DNA of 64,000 bases. Origin: an uncultured delta proteobacterium (lineage in GTDB: Bacteria > Desulfobacterota > Binatia > UBA9968). The translations under genes were made by a program, and so were the position numbers. Position 1 is the stretch's first letter, and every line of letters begins with the position of its first letter. This document shows positions 35,500-48,626 of this stretch, one piece after another. Below the pieces are notes generated by a model that saw only the letters and a program-made list of their open reading frames with translations, ran no database searches and was not told the origin of the DNA. The stretch is taken from NCBI GenBank assembly GCA_963816145.1, contig CAWFJP010000001.1, positions 96,001 to 160,000 on the forward strand, read 5' to 3'.

Positions 35500-36975
35500 A
35501 TGACGGAACGAACTGATCGACAACAACGCTCCATCTTGCAGCGCATCGCCTACCGAGCGATGCTGGCAAGAGGACTGCTTCCCGACTTCTCACCCGCCGC
35601 ACTCGCCGAGCTCGACGCCATCCACGGGCCCGCAACCCTGGCTCAAGAATCGCCGCATGATCTGCGCAACCTTAACTGGTGTTCCATCGACAACGATGAC
35701 TCGCGGGATTTGGATCAGCTGACCTTTGCCGAAGCGCTGCCCGGAGGGGCCGCCAAGATCCTCGTCGCCATCGCCGATGTTGATGCGCTCGTGAAGAATC
35801 CGTCGGCGCTTGACGATCACGCCCGGCACAATACGACTTCGGTCTACACCGCCGCCAAGGTCTTTCCGATGCTGCCCGAGAAACTGTCGAGCGATTTTAC
35901 CTCTCTCAACTATGAATCAGACCGTCTTGCCATTGTCATCGAAATGCTACTCGCCGCGGACGGATCGCTTCAGAGTTCGGACATCTATCGTGCCACGGTG
36001 CGTAATCATGCCAAGCTCGCCTACAATAGCGTGGCTGCCTGGCTGGAAGTTAACGGGCCGATGCCGCAAGTGATTGGCCAGGTCGACGGTCTTGAGGAAA
36101 ACCTCCGGCTGCAAGACCGCGTGGCGCAAAAGCTGAAGGCGCTCCGGCATGAGCATGGCGCCTTGAATCTCGAAACCATCGAGGCGCGCCCGGTGTTTGA
36201 CGGTGATGAACTCAAGGACTTAGAGGCGGAGAGAAAGAGCCGGGCCAAAGAAATTATTGAAGACTTCATGATCGCGGCGAACGGCGTCACCGCGCGATAC
36301 CTCGCGGGCAAAATGTTTCCATCACTGCGGCGGGTTGTTCGCACGCCCAAACGCTGGGACCGGATCGTCGAGCTGGCCGCGGATCACGGCTTCAAGTTAT
36401 CCCGCGAGCCGGACTCAAGATCCCTGGAGCAATTTTTGGTTTCGGCGAATGCCGCAGATCCCCTGCGCTTCCCCGATCTTTCCCTTAGCGTCATCAAGCT
36501 CTTGGGCGCCGGTGAATATGTCGTCGAACTTCCGGGAGGCGCCACTGCCGGACACTTCGGTCTCGCGGTCAGAGATTATACTCACTCCACCGCGCCGAAT
36601 CGCCGATTCCCCGATCTGATCACCCAGCGCTTGCTGAAAGCTGCGCTGGCCGGCCACTCATTGCCCTATGGCAACGATGAATTGGCGGCGCTAGCAAGGT
36701 ATTGCACCGACGAGGAAGACGCGGCAAAAAAAGTTGAACGCCAGGTGGAGAAATCTGCGGCGGCAATGCTGCTCGAATCAAGGATCGGCGAGCGCTTCGA
36801 TGGCATCGTTACCGGCGCTTCCGACAAAGGCACCTGGGTTCGCCTCCTGCATCCGCCCATCGAAGGAAAGCTGGTGAGCGGTTCCGAAGGCGTGGACGTC
36901 GGCCACAGGCTCCGGGTGCAACTGATCCGCACGGATATTGAGCGCGGCTATATCGACTTTAAACGGGTAGGCTAA
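35500..36975 (+). CDS. RNB-domain exoribonuclease (short RNase II-like)
   Basis: SIDNDDSRDLDQ, IEDFMIAAN, HSTAPNRRFPDL; C-terminal S1-like domain. Confidence 0.9.
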   Translation: MTERTDRQQRSILQRIAYRAMLARGLLPDFSPAALAELDAIHGPATLAQESPHDLRNLNWCSIDNDDSRDLDQLTFAEALPGGAAKILVAIADVDALVKNPSALDDHARHNTTSVYTAAKVFPMLPEKLSSDFTSLNYESDRLAIVIEMLLAADGSLQSSDIYRATVRNHAKLAYNSVAAWLEVNGPMPQVIGQVDGLEENLRLQDRVAQKLKALRHEHGALNLETIEARPVFDGDELKDLEAERKSRAKEIIEDFMIAANGVTARYLAGKMFPSLRRVVRTPKRWDRIVELAADHGFKLSREPDSRSLEQFLVSANAADPLRFPDLSLSVIKLLGAGEYVVELPGGATAGHFGLAVRDYTHSTAPNRRFPDLITQRLLKAALAGHSLPYGNDELAALARYCTDEEDAAKKVERQVEKSAAAMLLESRIGERFDGIVTGASDKGTWVRLLHPPIEGKLVSGSEGVDVGHRLRVQLIRTDIERGYIDFKRVG

Positions 36976-37713
36976 GAAGCAGTCTTGCATGCGCCGTCAG
37001 GCAAATCTACGCCGCTAAGTTATCGGCGAATTCTAAACTGAGGATTGCAATCGATATGCAACAGTATCCGATCCCTGCCCACGCCAGCGGTGCCAGAGCT
37101 AACTCGGAGGGTGAGTCGCCAACAGTCTTGCGCACTAACGTGCGCAGTCTCTCACCCGCGCAACCCTGTTGCGCCAAAATGAACGGGATATGGCGATCCG
37201 CCTTGCCCTGGCGTTAGTGATGGCGTGGGTAATTTCGTGGGAGCTGGACCTTGGAGCGGCTGCTATGAATCTCCGAGGTCTCAGGCGTGATGCTCAAGCA
37301 ATATCTTGGGTTCTGCGGCAGGTTCGTCGCCCGCGACCCGACCCATTGCGTAAGGACTCGCTGGCTGCGGTTTTCCTTTGCACGATTAAGAACCAAGCCA
37401 TCGGCCATTTTCACATCTGCGAAACCACCGATCTTTTCGACGCAGAGTACCGCAAATATCGGCTCCCTTTGGGGCATGGAACTTGCGCAACGTTTCAGCT
37501 AAGAGATTTCGCTCACGGAACAGATCAGAAATATGCCGCCCTCTCACGGGTGGAGAAAGCGCCAAAGAGGGGTGGTACGAACGCGCCGAGATATTGCTGA
37601 ACTAACCAGCCCGTCAAAAAAGGACACCGGCTCATTCGCCGTTTGAAGTGGACTACGGGTGGGTCGGTGTGTCATACAAATTGGCAGAGCGGTAAAAACA
37701 AAAGGAGAAAATT

Positions 37714-38253
37714 ATGCATCCTATGTTCATCGTCGCCATCCCCTTGGTTCTGGTGATCGTCGGCATGGTCTTGAACAGCATCGGGCTGGGCTTCAATCAA
37801 CCGCCAAGTTCATCGGAGCAAGATCCGGCAAAGAAGGCGGCTGCGGAAAGGGAAGACTACCGCCGTTTCTTTGATTTACAGAGACGCCAAGCTGTGAAAA
37901 GGCAGACAAGGGTCGGCCAATATGCATGGTTGCTGATGATCGCGATTATCGGTTCCTTTATCTGGCTGTATATGTACACCGTGAGGAACACCAGCGTCGC
38001 GACTCGAGTTGCCACCCTGCAAACCTTGGCCACCGAAGACGCGAAAGACATGGTTCTTTCGATCACTCTAAAGGACGGCAGCAATGTCAAATATCTGATC
38101 AAATCACCCCAAGCCGACGCGTTGGCAGCCGCCAGAAAAGAAGGCATTTCAAATGAGAAAGTCTCCTCCTACGAGATTTCCCAATTGGGCACGGCTTTGA
38201 ATATCGGCGAAAGCCCGTTGCCGCTGGGCCTCGCGGTGAAGATTGCCGATTGA
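37714..38253 (+). CDS. Hypothetical protein with two TM helices and a soluble C-terminal domain
   Basis: AAAGGAG RBS; hydrophobic segments at about aa 4-25 and 70-88. Confidence 0.75.
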   Translation: MHPMFIVAIPLVLVIVGMVLNSIGLGFNQPPSSSEQDPAKKAAAEREDYRRFFDLQRRQAVKRQTRVGQYAWLLMIAIIGSFIWLYMYTVRNTSVATRVATLQTLATEDAKDMVLSITLKDGSNVKYLIKSPQADALAAARKEGISNEKVSSYEISQLGTALNIGESPLPLGLAVKIAD

Positions 38254-38389
38254 CCGGCGACAAACCCCGCTGTCATTAAATGCCTGTGGGGAAATGGCTC
38301 TGCTGTGTCGCGCGACGTGCCCGGGGCAATCATCGCGTAACCTGCCTTAAGATTTTTTACGGAGTCCATCGACAAAAAGGACAAGACCC

Positions 38390-38782
38390 ATGGCTAAGAA
38401 TAAGGTGTTCATCGGCTACGATTATGATTGTGACAAGGCCGCCAAGGATCGGCTGCTCGGGTGGGATGTCAATCAAGAATTCGATTTCTCTTCTTACGAC
38501 CGGTCCTTCGACGTCGCGGTCGACAGTGAGCAGGCGGCCGTCTTCAAACAGGACCTCGCCGCGCGCATCGGCGACTCCAGTCACTTTCTCTGCATCGTCG
38601 GCAAAGAGACCTACCACAGCGCCTGGATGGCTTGGGAAATCCGCAAGGCGATTGAACTCAAGAAGAAGCTCGTCGCCGCTAAGACCGATTCGACTAACAA
38701 CTCGCCGACGGTCGTGCAGGGGGTGGGGGCATCATGGAGCACGATATTCAACTTCGACTCCATCAAGAAGGCGATGAATTGA
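38390..38782 (+). CDS. TIR-domain protein, Thoeris ThsB-like (DUF1863/MTH538 type)
   Basis: KVFIGYDY, LCIVGKETYHSAWMAWEIRKA with the TIR catalytic Glu position. Confidence 0.8.
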   Translation: MAKNKVFIGYDYDCDKAAKDRLLGWDVNQEFDFSSYDRSFDVAVDSEQAAVFKQDLAARIGDSSHFLCIVGKETYHSAWMAWEIRKAIELKKKLVAAKTDSTNNSPTVVQGVGASWSTIFNFDSIKKAMN

Positions 38783-38904
38783 CGGGAACTCGTCGAGACC
38801 ATAACGCTGAGCCGAGCAGGCATGGCGTAAGGAACCTGGCCGCATGATTTTTCCGCTCACGGCTGGTTGCGTGAGACTGCTACGTGCGTGCGCTTTTCCG
38901 CATA

Positions 38905-39036
38905 GAGGCTGTGTCGCAACTGTCATTTCGAGGTGAAGCCGAGAAATCTCTTCTTCGCATGTGGCTGAAAATACGAGATCCCTCGCTGCGCTCGGGATGA
39001 CAGATGTGGGGCATTTGCGCATTACGACACAGCCTC
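38905..39036. mobile_element. 132-bp MITE, copy 1
   Basis: Terminal IRs GAGGCTGTGTCG/CGACACAGCCTC; near-identical reverse complement at 58772-58903. Confidence 0.8.
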
Positions 39037-39160
39037 TTACGCGCGCCGGCCTGCCAGTAGTGCTTGTGCAGCATTAGCCGGTTGTGAGCATTCCCCTTGA
39101 CCGGGGAACTTGATGGCGTCGGTATGCGCCCTGCGCCCGCATCACCCTGAGATATGGGGA

Positions 39161-42100
39161 TTGAAATTGCTATTTTCGCCGAACCTGTTACGCAAAAAAG
39201 CTTCAGCGGCCTTTGCCCTTTCGGCGCTCGAAGAACCGATTCGCGCTGAACTCTTTAGCGTCGAGCGACTTGAGCAGCACGGTGAAAGCCTTGCCGCCGC
39301 CCAGCGCGTCACGACCACACCGCGCAAAGGTCGCCTGCTGCTGCCGCGCGTGCTGGACAACGGGCGGGTGCTGCTCGCATCGTATCGTGCCATCGCCCAG
39401 GCAATCCGCGAGGAGCTCGCCATCACACCCGCGGCGGAGTGGCTGGTCGACAATTATCACATCGTCGACGAACAGCTGCGCGAGATCCGTGATGACCTGC
39501 CGCCCGGCTTTTACCGAGAACTGCCTAAGCTCGCCGAGGGTCCACTCAAGGGTTATCCGCGCGTCTATGGGCTGGCCTGGGCGTTCGTCGCCCATACCGA
39601 CAGCCGGTTCGATCCCGAAATGCTGCTTCGGTTCGTGCGCGCTTACCAGCGCGTGCAGCCGTTGACGATCGGTGAGCTCTGGGCCGTCGCGATTACTCTG
39701 CGGGTGGTGCTCGTGGAGAATCTCCGCCGGTTGGCGGAGCGCGTCGTGCATGGACGGGCGGAGCGCCAGGAGGCCGACACGCTAGCGGACGAACTGCTCG
39801 GACTTGGCGGCCGCTCAGTTGAACCGGCGGCAACAGCCCTGCGGCGGTTCGAAGGCGCCCCGCTGGCGCCGTCCTTCGTGGTGCAGCTGGTCCAGCGATT
39901 ACGCGACCAAGACCCGGTGGTCATGCCGGCACTTCGCTGGATAGAGGAGCACCTAGCAGCACAGGGCACAACCGCTGATGAGATCGTCCGAGCCGGGCAT
40001 CAGCGGCAGGCGGCGATGCACGTGACCGTGCGCAACGTGATCACCAGCATGCGGCTGATTTCCGCCTTCGACTGGGCGGAATTCTTCGAGAGCGTGAGTC
40101 TGGTCGATGCGATCCTTTGGACCGACACGGGTTTTGCCGCTCCGGACTTCGCGACACGAGATCGTTACCGGCGGGCAATCGAAGAACTCTCGCGCTGCGC
40201 ACCGCAAGATGAGCGTGAAGTTGCTCGGCGGGCGGTTGCTCAAGCGCAACGCTCTCGCGAAAAAGCGCAAGCGGCCGGTGACCCAGATGCGGACCGCCGC
40301 GCCGACCCCGGCTATTACCTCATCGCCAACGGGCGTGCCGCCTTCGAACAGGAAGTCGGCTTTCGCATGCCGATCAAAACTCGGCTTCGCCGCGCTTATA
40401 TTTCTCAAGCGACGCCTCGCTACCTTGGCACCATCGCGACGGTCAGCGGTCTGATTCTCGCTTTGTTCCTGTTCAATTCCGGCGCAGCGGAAGTTGGCGC
40501 CTTAGGCTTGCTCTTACTGGGGCTTCTCGCTCTCGTGCCGGCCTCGGATCTGGCCACCGCTTTCGTCAATCGCGAGGTCACAGAGTTGCTCGGGCCGCGG
40601 GCGCTGCCCAGACTAGCGCTCCGTGACGGAGTGCCCGCGGAACTGCGCACCTTGATCGTCGTGCCAACGCTCCTGATCGGACAGGAGCAGATTGCCGAGC
40701 AGATCGAGCGACTGGAAGTGCACTATCTGGCAAATCCAGATGGCGATCTTCGTTTCGCGCTCCTTTCCGACTGGACAGACGCGCCTCAAGAATCCATGCC
40801 GGAAGACGACGAACTGCTGGCGGCAACGGTTGAGGGCATCGCGCGGCTGAACCAACGCCATGGGCCTGCCCTAGATGGGAGCCAGCGATTTTTTCTTTTC
40901 CACCGCCGGCGCGGCTGGAACGAGAGCGAGCGAAAGTGGATCGGCTGGGAGCGCAAACGAGGCAAGCTCCATGAACTCAATCGCTTGCTCCGCGGTGCCA
41001 CAGATACCAGCTTCGTGCCAACAGCCGGTCGGACACCGCTGGTTCCTTCCGGAGTCCGCTATGTCATCACACTGGATGCCGACACGCGGCTGCCAAGGGG
41101 GTCCGCCGCTCGATTGGTCGGCACCCTCGCACATCCCCTCAATCGGCCGAGGTTTGACCCGCATGTCGGTCGAGTCGTTGAGGGCTACGCCCTGCTTCAG
41201 CCGCGCGTGACGCCGACGCTACCGACCGATCGCGGCGGATCGCTTTTTCAACGCATCTTCTCGGGCCCGGGCGGCATTGACCCGTACGCATCTGCGGTCT
41301 CCGATGTTTACCAAGACCTTTTCGGTGAGGGCTCTTACGTCGGCAAAGGGATCTACGATGTCGATGCATTTGAGGCAGCCCTCGCCGGGCGAGTGCCGGA
41401 GAACATGATGTTGAGTCACGACCTCTTTGAAGGCATCTTCGCACGGGCAGGACTGGTCACCGATATCGAGTTCTTCGATGAGTTTCCGCCGCACTATGCG
41501 ACCGCCACGGCGCGCCAACACCGCTGGGCACGCGGTGACTGGCAGTTGTTGCCGTGGATCCTTGGGCGCGCACGAAACGCCAACGGCGATCGGATTCACG
41601 CGCCGATTCCCCCCATCAGCCGTTGGAAGATGCTCGACAATCTACGGCGCACGCTGTCGGCCCCGGCCGCCTTTTTGACCTTGGTTGGCGGCTGGACGCT
41701 ACCGTTCGCTTCGCCGCTGATCTGGACATCGTTCGTGCTCGCTACCATCGCCATCCCGCCACTTTTGCCGGTCTTGATCGGCTTGATCCCGCATCGCCGC
41801 GGGATCTCAAAACGTAGCCATTTGACTGGCGTCGGCAAGGACTTGGTCCTCGCCCTGTCACAGATCGGACTCACGCTGACATTGCTTGCGCACCAGGCAT
41901 GGTTGATGACCGACGCGATCCTCCGGACACTCTTTCGCGTCTACGTGACCCAGCGAAATTTGCTTGAGTGGGTGACTGCCGCGCAGGCGCAATCTGCTTT
42001 TTCTAGAACTCTCGGCAGCGTCTATCAGTGGATGGGTGGGGCCGTGGCGCTGGCCGCGGCAGCAGCCATCCTGGTCCCGTTCGGGCCGCCGGGCGCGTGG

Positions 42101-45100
42101 CTGGTGGCGACGCCTTTCTGTCTTCTCTGGGCCCTGTCGCCCTTGCTGGCACATTGGATCAGCCTGCCACCGCGCGCAGCCGGGGTTCAGCCACTTTCGC
42201 CAGATGAAACGCGCACGCTGCGCTTAACCGCGCGCCGAACCTGGCGCTTCTTCGAAACCTTTGTCAGCCCAGAAGACCACGCCATGCCCCCCGACAATTT
42301 CCAGGAAGAGCCAACGCCGGTGGTGGCCCACCGGACGTCGCCGACCAACCTCGGGCTGTATCTCCTCTCCGCCATCGCTGCGCACGATTTTGGCTGGCTC
42401 GGCGCGGTGGCCGCAATCGAGCGGCTCGAAGCGACACTCGGAACCATGAACCGCCTCGAGCGTTTCCGCGGTCACTTCTATAACTGGTATGACACGCGCG
42501 ACCTCCGGCCGCTCGATCCCAAATACATATCCTCGGTCGACAGTGGAAACCTCGCCGGTCATCTGGTCGCGCTCGGACAGGCGTGCCAGGACATCATCGA
42601 CCGCCCGCTGCTCGGTGCGCACGCCCTCTCCGGGATTGCCGACACCATCCTCCTCCTCCGCCAATCGGCACGCGCGATCGTCGACGACCGGCGCACCCAA
42701 ACGGTCACTCGGAAACACTTGGACGAAGCACTCGATGCCCTGACCACGGCCCTCAACCCGATCCCCGTCACACCAGGGGATTGGCTCGCGCGCCTTAGCG
42801 CGCTCGACGCCCGTGCTCATACGATAGCGGACATTGCGCGCGCGCTGACCGCGGAAAGAGGCGACCGCGCCGATGCCGAGTTGGTCGCCTGGGCGGACGC
42901 CGTGCGCGCGGGCATCGCGAGCTTCACGCGCGATCTTGACGTGGTATTCCCCTGGGCGCGGCTGGTCTTTGGCAATGATCCGTCAAATCGCGCGATGACC
43001 ACGGAACCAGAGTTGGGCTCGACGGTGATCGCGGGCTTTTTTCTCTCGCTCCCGACGCTGCGCGACACGCCCGAGCGCTGCGAGACCGCCATACACGAGC
43101 TCGCCACTCTGCGCGCGCGCCTGGCAGCCGACACCGCCACACGGGAAAGTGCCCTTACCCGAATCGATGCGATGACCGAGAGTCTGGCACGTTCCGCCAC
43201 AGCCTCGGCAGCGCTGGTCCGCCGCCTTTCGACGCTCGTGACGCAGACAAAAACGCTGTTCGACGCGATGGAGTTTGGCTTTCTCTTCGATCCGACGCGG
43301 AAGCTCTTCTCGATCGGCTACCGGGTTGCTGATAACAGCCTCGATCCGAGTTGTTACGATCTGTTGGCTTCCGAGGCGCGCCTCACCAGCTTTATTGCCA
43401 TTGCCAAGGGTGATGTCCCGTCAACCCATTGGTTCCACCTCGGTCGCGCTTTGACACCCGTCGATCTGGGATCCGCGCTGGTCTCTTGGTCCGGCTCCAT
43501 GTTCGAGTATCTCATGCCGGCGCTGGTGATGCGCTCGTCGTCGGGTAGTCTGTTGGGCCAGACCTACCATCTCATCGTCCGCCGTCAGAGAAAATATGGC
43601 GCCGAGCGTGGCGTGCCTTGGGGGGTGTCGGAATCGGCCTTCAACGCGCGCGATCTGGAGTTCACCTACCAGTACTCGAATTTTGGCGTACCGGGCCTCG
43701 GCCTCAAGCGCGGCCTTAGCGAAGACGTGGTGGTCGCGCCTTACGCGACAGCGCTGGCGGCGATGATCGACCCGAAAACAGCGGCAGCGAATTTCGTCCG
43801 TCTTACCGAGGTCGGCGCGAGCGGCCGCTATGGCTTTTACGAGGCGCTCGATTACACCGCCACGCGGGTTCCGGAAAACCAAGACGTGGCCGTCGTGCGC
43901 GCCTATATGGCACATCACCAGGGGATGTCGATCGTAGCGCTCGCGAATGTTGTTTACGAGGGCGTCATGCGCGCGCGCTTCCACGCCGAGCCGCGCATGA
44001 AAGCCACCGAGTTGTTGTTGCAGGAACGCACGCCGCGGGACGTCCTGGTCGCCCGGCCCAGGGTCGAGGAAGTTCGGGTGGTCGCCAACGTCCGCGATCT
44101 CATTCCGCCGGTCCTGCGTCGATTCACCTCGCCACATGACATGACTCCTGGCGTCCATCTTCTCTCCAATGGGCGATATGCGGTGATGGTCACCACCGCC
44201 GGCTCCGGATACAGCCATTGGCGCGACCTTGCGGTTACCCGATGGCGCGAGGACCGCACGCGCGATGCTTGGGGGAGCTACGTCTTTCTTCGTGACAACC
44301 ACAGCGGCCAGGTCTGGTCGGCCGCTTACCAACCAAGCGGCGTCGAACCGGACAGTTATGAAGTGGCATTTTCCGAGGATCAGATAGAGATACGGCGGCG
44401 CGATGGCGCAATTGCGACCACGTTTGAAGTCGTAGTTTCGCCCGAACACGACGCCGAGGTGCGCCGGGTATCGATGACCAATCTCGGGCTGCGAACCCGT
44501 GAGATCGATCTGACCTCCTACGCCGAAATCGTCCTGGCGCCGCCCGCAGCGGATGCCGCTCACCCGGCGTTTTCCAATCTGTTCGTGCAAACGGAATTTG
44601 CTGCCGAGCTCGGCGCCCTGCTCGCCACGCGGCGGCCTCGGTCAGCCGGCGAGTCCCAGGTCTGGGTGGCGCACGTGATCGTCGCCGAAGGGGAAACCGT
44701 CGGCGACCTGGAATATGAGACTGACCGCGCCCGGTTTCTCGGCCGCGGGCGCACCATCCGAACTCCGCTGTCGGTCATCGATGGCCGCCCGCTCTCCAAC
44801 ACCGTCGGCGCCGTGCTCGATCCAATCGTCAGCCTGCGGCGCCGTGTGCGACTAGCGCCGGGCGGCACCGCGCGGGTGACGTTCTCGACGCTCGTCGCGC
44901 CATCGCGCGATGAAGCGCTCGACCTGGCCGATGAGTACAACAATCCAACTACGTTTGAGCGTGCGGCGACGCTGGCTTGGACGCAGGCCCAGGTCCAGTT
45001 ACACCATCTCGGCATCGATCCCGATGAGGCCTACCTCTTCCAGGAGCTCGCCAGCCAGATTCTATATTCGGACCCGACGCTACGGCCTTCATCCGCGATC

Positions 45101-48035
45101 CTCGAACGCAATAATCGCGGCGCCTCGGCACTCTGGCGGCACGGCATTTCCGGCGACATACCGATTGTTCTGGTGCGGATCGACGAAACTGAGGATCAGG
45201 GAATTATCCGGCAACTGCTGCGCGCCCACGAATACTGGCGGATGAAGCAGCTCGCCGTCGACCTGGTGATTCTCAACGAACAGGCCCCGTCCTACGCTCA
45301 AGATCTCCAGAGCGCTTTGGAAACGCAGGTCCGGACCAGCCAATCGCGTTTATCGCATGACGGGCATGACCCGTCCGGCAGCGTGTTTCTTCTGCGCGGA
45401 GATCTCATTTCGGCTGAGGATCGCAGCCTGCTCCAGACCGCCGCGCGGGCTGTGCTCTTGAGCCGCCGCGGCACCCTCGCCGAGCAAGTCGTGCGTCAGC
45501 CGCGCTCCGAGCCCGCTGTGGTTCGACTACCCCGGCGTCTCTCCGCGACCAAATCATTGGATACTTTGCCGCCGCAGCCCGACCTCGAGTTCTTCAACGG
45601 CCTCGGTGGTTTCGCTGCGGATGGCCGTGAGTACGTGACCATTCTAGGCGAGGGACAATGGACGCCGGCACCCTGGATCAACGTGGTTGCCAACCCGACC
45701 TTTGGCTTCCAGATTTCCGAGTCAGGCTCGGGTTACACCTGGTCACTCAACAGCCGGGAGAACCAACTCACGCCGTGGTCCAATGATCCGGTAAGCGACC
45801 CGCCAGGCGAAGCGATCTACATCCGCGACGAAGACACCGGCGAATTATGGAGCCCGACGGTGCTACCGATCCGCGAGGAACCCTGGCCCTATACCGCCCG
45901 ACATGGCCAGGGCTACAGCCGCTTCGAGCACGCCTCGCATGGGGTCGCGCTTGACCTCCTGCAATTCGTGCCGCTCGAAGACCCAATCAAAATTTCCCGG
46001 CTTACCATTGAGAATCATTCCGGACGATCCAGACGCCTCTCGGTGACGGCGTATGTCGAATGGGTCCTCGGCGTGTCGCGGAGCGGTTCGGCGCCCTTCG
46101 TGGTCACGGAAATCGACATCGAAACCGGCGCAATGCTCGCGCGCAACACCTGGAACAGCGAATTCGCCGGACGTGTAGCCTTTGCCGACCTCGACGGGCG
46201 CCAGACCTCTTGGACCGGTGATCGGACTGAGTTTCTCGGTCGAAACGGCACCCTCGACCATCCCGTATCGCTCGAACGTGGCAACCGACTCTCGGGAAAA
46301 GTCGGCGCCGGCCTTGACCCTTGCGGTGCGCTGCAGACGACGGTGGAATTGCGCGCAGGGGGGCGCGCCGAGATCATCTTTTACCTCGGCGAGGCGGCGA
46401 GCGCGGCAGAAGCGCGAACCTTGATTGCGCTCTACCGCGGGGCCGACCTTGATGGCGACCCTGCGCACGGTCATGAAGCACTGGGATGACGTTCTTGGCG
46501 CGGTTCAGGTATCAACTCCTGATCGGGCAATGAACGTTCTGCTCAACCGCTGGTCGCTCTATCAGACCCTAGGGTGTCGTGTCTGGGCGCGAGCGGGGTT
46601 TTATCAAGCCGGCGGCGCCTATGGCTTCCGCGACCAGCTCCAAGACGTGATGGCGCTCATGGTCGCGAATCGAGATGTCGCGCGCGCGCAGATTCTGCGC
46701 GCCGCCGCGCGGCAGTTCGTTGAGGGCGACGTCCAGCACTGGTGGCACCCACCTTCCGGCCGGGGCGTGCGCACCCGCATCTCCGATGATCTTTTATGGC
46801 TGCCCTACGCGGTTTTCCACTACCTCGAAGTTACCGGCGATGCCGGTCTTCTCGACGAGGTCGTCCCCTTCCTCGACGGGCCGACGCTCGTGGCTGGGCA
46901 AGACGAGTCATATTTCGAGCCGCATGTGTCGGCGCAAAGCGCTACCCTGTTCGAGCATTGCGCCCGCGCGCTCGACCGCAGTCTGGCGGTTGGCAGCCAC
47001 GGCCTACCCTTGATCGGCACGGGAGACTGGAACGATGGCATGAACCGGGTCGGATCTGCGGGGCAAGGCGAGAGTGTTTGGCTCGGCTGGTTCCTCCACA
47101 CCAACCTCTGGGAGTTTGCCCGGCTGGCCGATGCCCGTGGCGAGTACCAGCGCGCCGAAACATGGCGCGTCCATGTCAGCGCACTCAAAGCAGCGCTCGA
47201 ACTAAAGGCGTGGGATGGCGAGTGGTACCGGCGTGCCTACTTTGACGATGGCACGCCGCTGGGCTCGGCCACCAATGACGAGTGCCGCATTGATTCGATC
47301 GCTCAATCCTGGGGGGTCATTTCCGGTGCCGCTGAGCCGGCTCGTAGAGCACGGGCCATGGCGGCGGTCGAGAGCTACCTGGTTGATCGCGACAACCGGC
47401 TGATCCTACTGTTCACGCCTCCATTCAACCGCGCAAGCCCGGACCCTGGCTATATCAAAGGGTATCTCCCCGGCATTCGCGAAAATGGCGGCCAATATAC
47501 CCATGCGGCGATCTGGTGCGTCCTGGCCTTCGCCGCACTCGGTGACGGCGATAAAGCCGGCGAACTTTTCGCGCTCTTGAACCCGATCAATCATGCTGAC
47601 AGCCGCGCCGGCGTTTACCGCTACAAGGTCGAGCCCTACGTCGTCGCCGCCGATATTTATGCCGAACCGCCGCATGTCGGCCGCGGCGGCTGGACCTGGT
47701 ACACCGGATCCGCGGGTTGGATGTATCGCGCCGGCATCGAGTGGATCCTCGGCTTTCGGCTGCGCGGCACGAGGCTTTATCTCGATCCTTGTATCCCAAG
47801 TGCATGGCGGAGCTTTGACATTACATTCCGCTATCACTCGGCGCGCTACGATATCAAAGTCGAGAACCCACAAGCGGTTGCCCGGGGGGTGTCATCCATT
47901 GAGCTCGATGGTGCGTCGCTCGCAGGCGGTAGCATGCATATCCAGCTCGCCGATGACGGCGCAACGCACCGCGTGCGCGTTGTTCTGGGCACAGCGGATG
48001 CTGCAGCTGCGCTCCAAGCTGCGGTGTCTCTGTGA
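39161..48035 (+). CDS. ndvB: Cyclic beta-1,2-glucan synthase (GT84 + GH94; frameshift near 46450)
   Basis: About 2950 aa when joined; [61 protein letters not shown]. Confidence 0.93.
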
Positions 48036-48167
48036 CCGCCTAAGCAAACAGTTGCCCGCTTAAGCTACCGGCAAAATCGTCAGCATCGAGAGGGGGATCT
48101 GCAGCAGCCAGTGCCCGGTGACGAAGTCGCTACGCGTTCATGACCGCAGCATAGGTCGGGCATATGA

Positions 48168-48181
48168 GGCATTGCTTTTGC
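48168..48181 (+). promoter_or_regulatory. sigma-54 -24/-12 promoter (ytxH-like gene)
   Basis: GGCATTGCTTTTGC (GG-N10-GC). Confidence 0.65.
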
Positions 48182-48242
48182 TTATCATTACAGGGGTGAA
48201 TCAAGAGAAATGTTTTTTAGTTAATTATAAGGAGGACTCGTC

Positions 48243-48530
48243 ATGAATAGCCAAGATTCGTCAAAATTGACCTTCGGACTTTTTGCCGCGGCTTTGGGCG
48301 CGATCGCCGGCGCGCTAGCGGTTTTGCTCGCTCGCAAAGAGTCGCGTGAATATCTGCGCGAACACAGCGCCAAAGGAATTGATTATTTGAATCAAACCGG
48401 CAGTAAACTGCGCGAGCGCACAGGAGGCATATTGAGCAAGGGCCGCGAAATCATGAGCGGATGCTGCGCCTCGGCCGAGCGGACTGGCGAGAGCGCGACG
48501 CCTACCGAGCATAGGGACGAGATCCATTAG
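48243..48530 (+). CDS. YtxH-like small protein
   Basis: TAAGGAGG RBS; AALGAIAGALAVLLARKE; paralog of 13554-13766. Confidence 0.7.
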   Translation: MNSQDSSKLTFGLFAAALGAIAGALAVLLARKESREYLREHSAKGIDYLNQTGSKLRERTGGILSKGREIMSGCCASAERTGESATPTEHRDEIH

Positions 48531-48546
48531 TGCCGACGATCCAAGT

Positions 48547-48583
48547 CCAACGGCGCGCTAGCCCGCATTCGGCGCGCCGTTGG
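48547..48583 (+). terminator. Hairpin after the ytxH-like gene
   Basis: CCAACGGCGCGC...GCGCGCCGTTGG; no U-tract. Confidence 0.45.
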
Positions 48584-48626
48584 CGGCATTAGCAAATCAT
48601 TATAAGCTGGCGCAGAGGCCGGTGCG

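Noticed and set aside
37169-37600. 143-aa ORF upstream of the 2-TM gene as a third system component
   Set aside because: TTG start, no clear RBS and no recognisable motif; unsupported, though not excluded.
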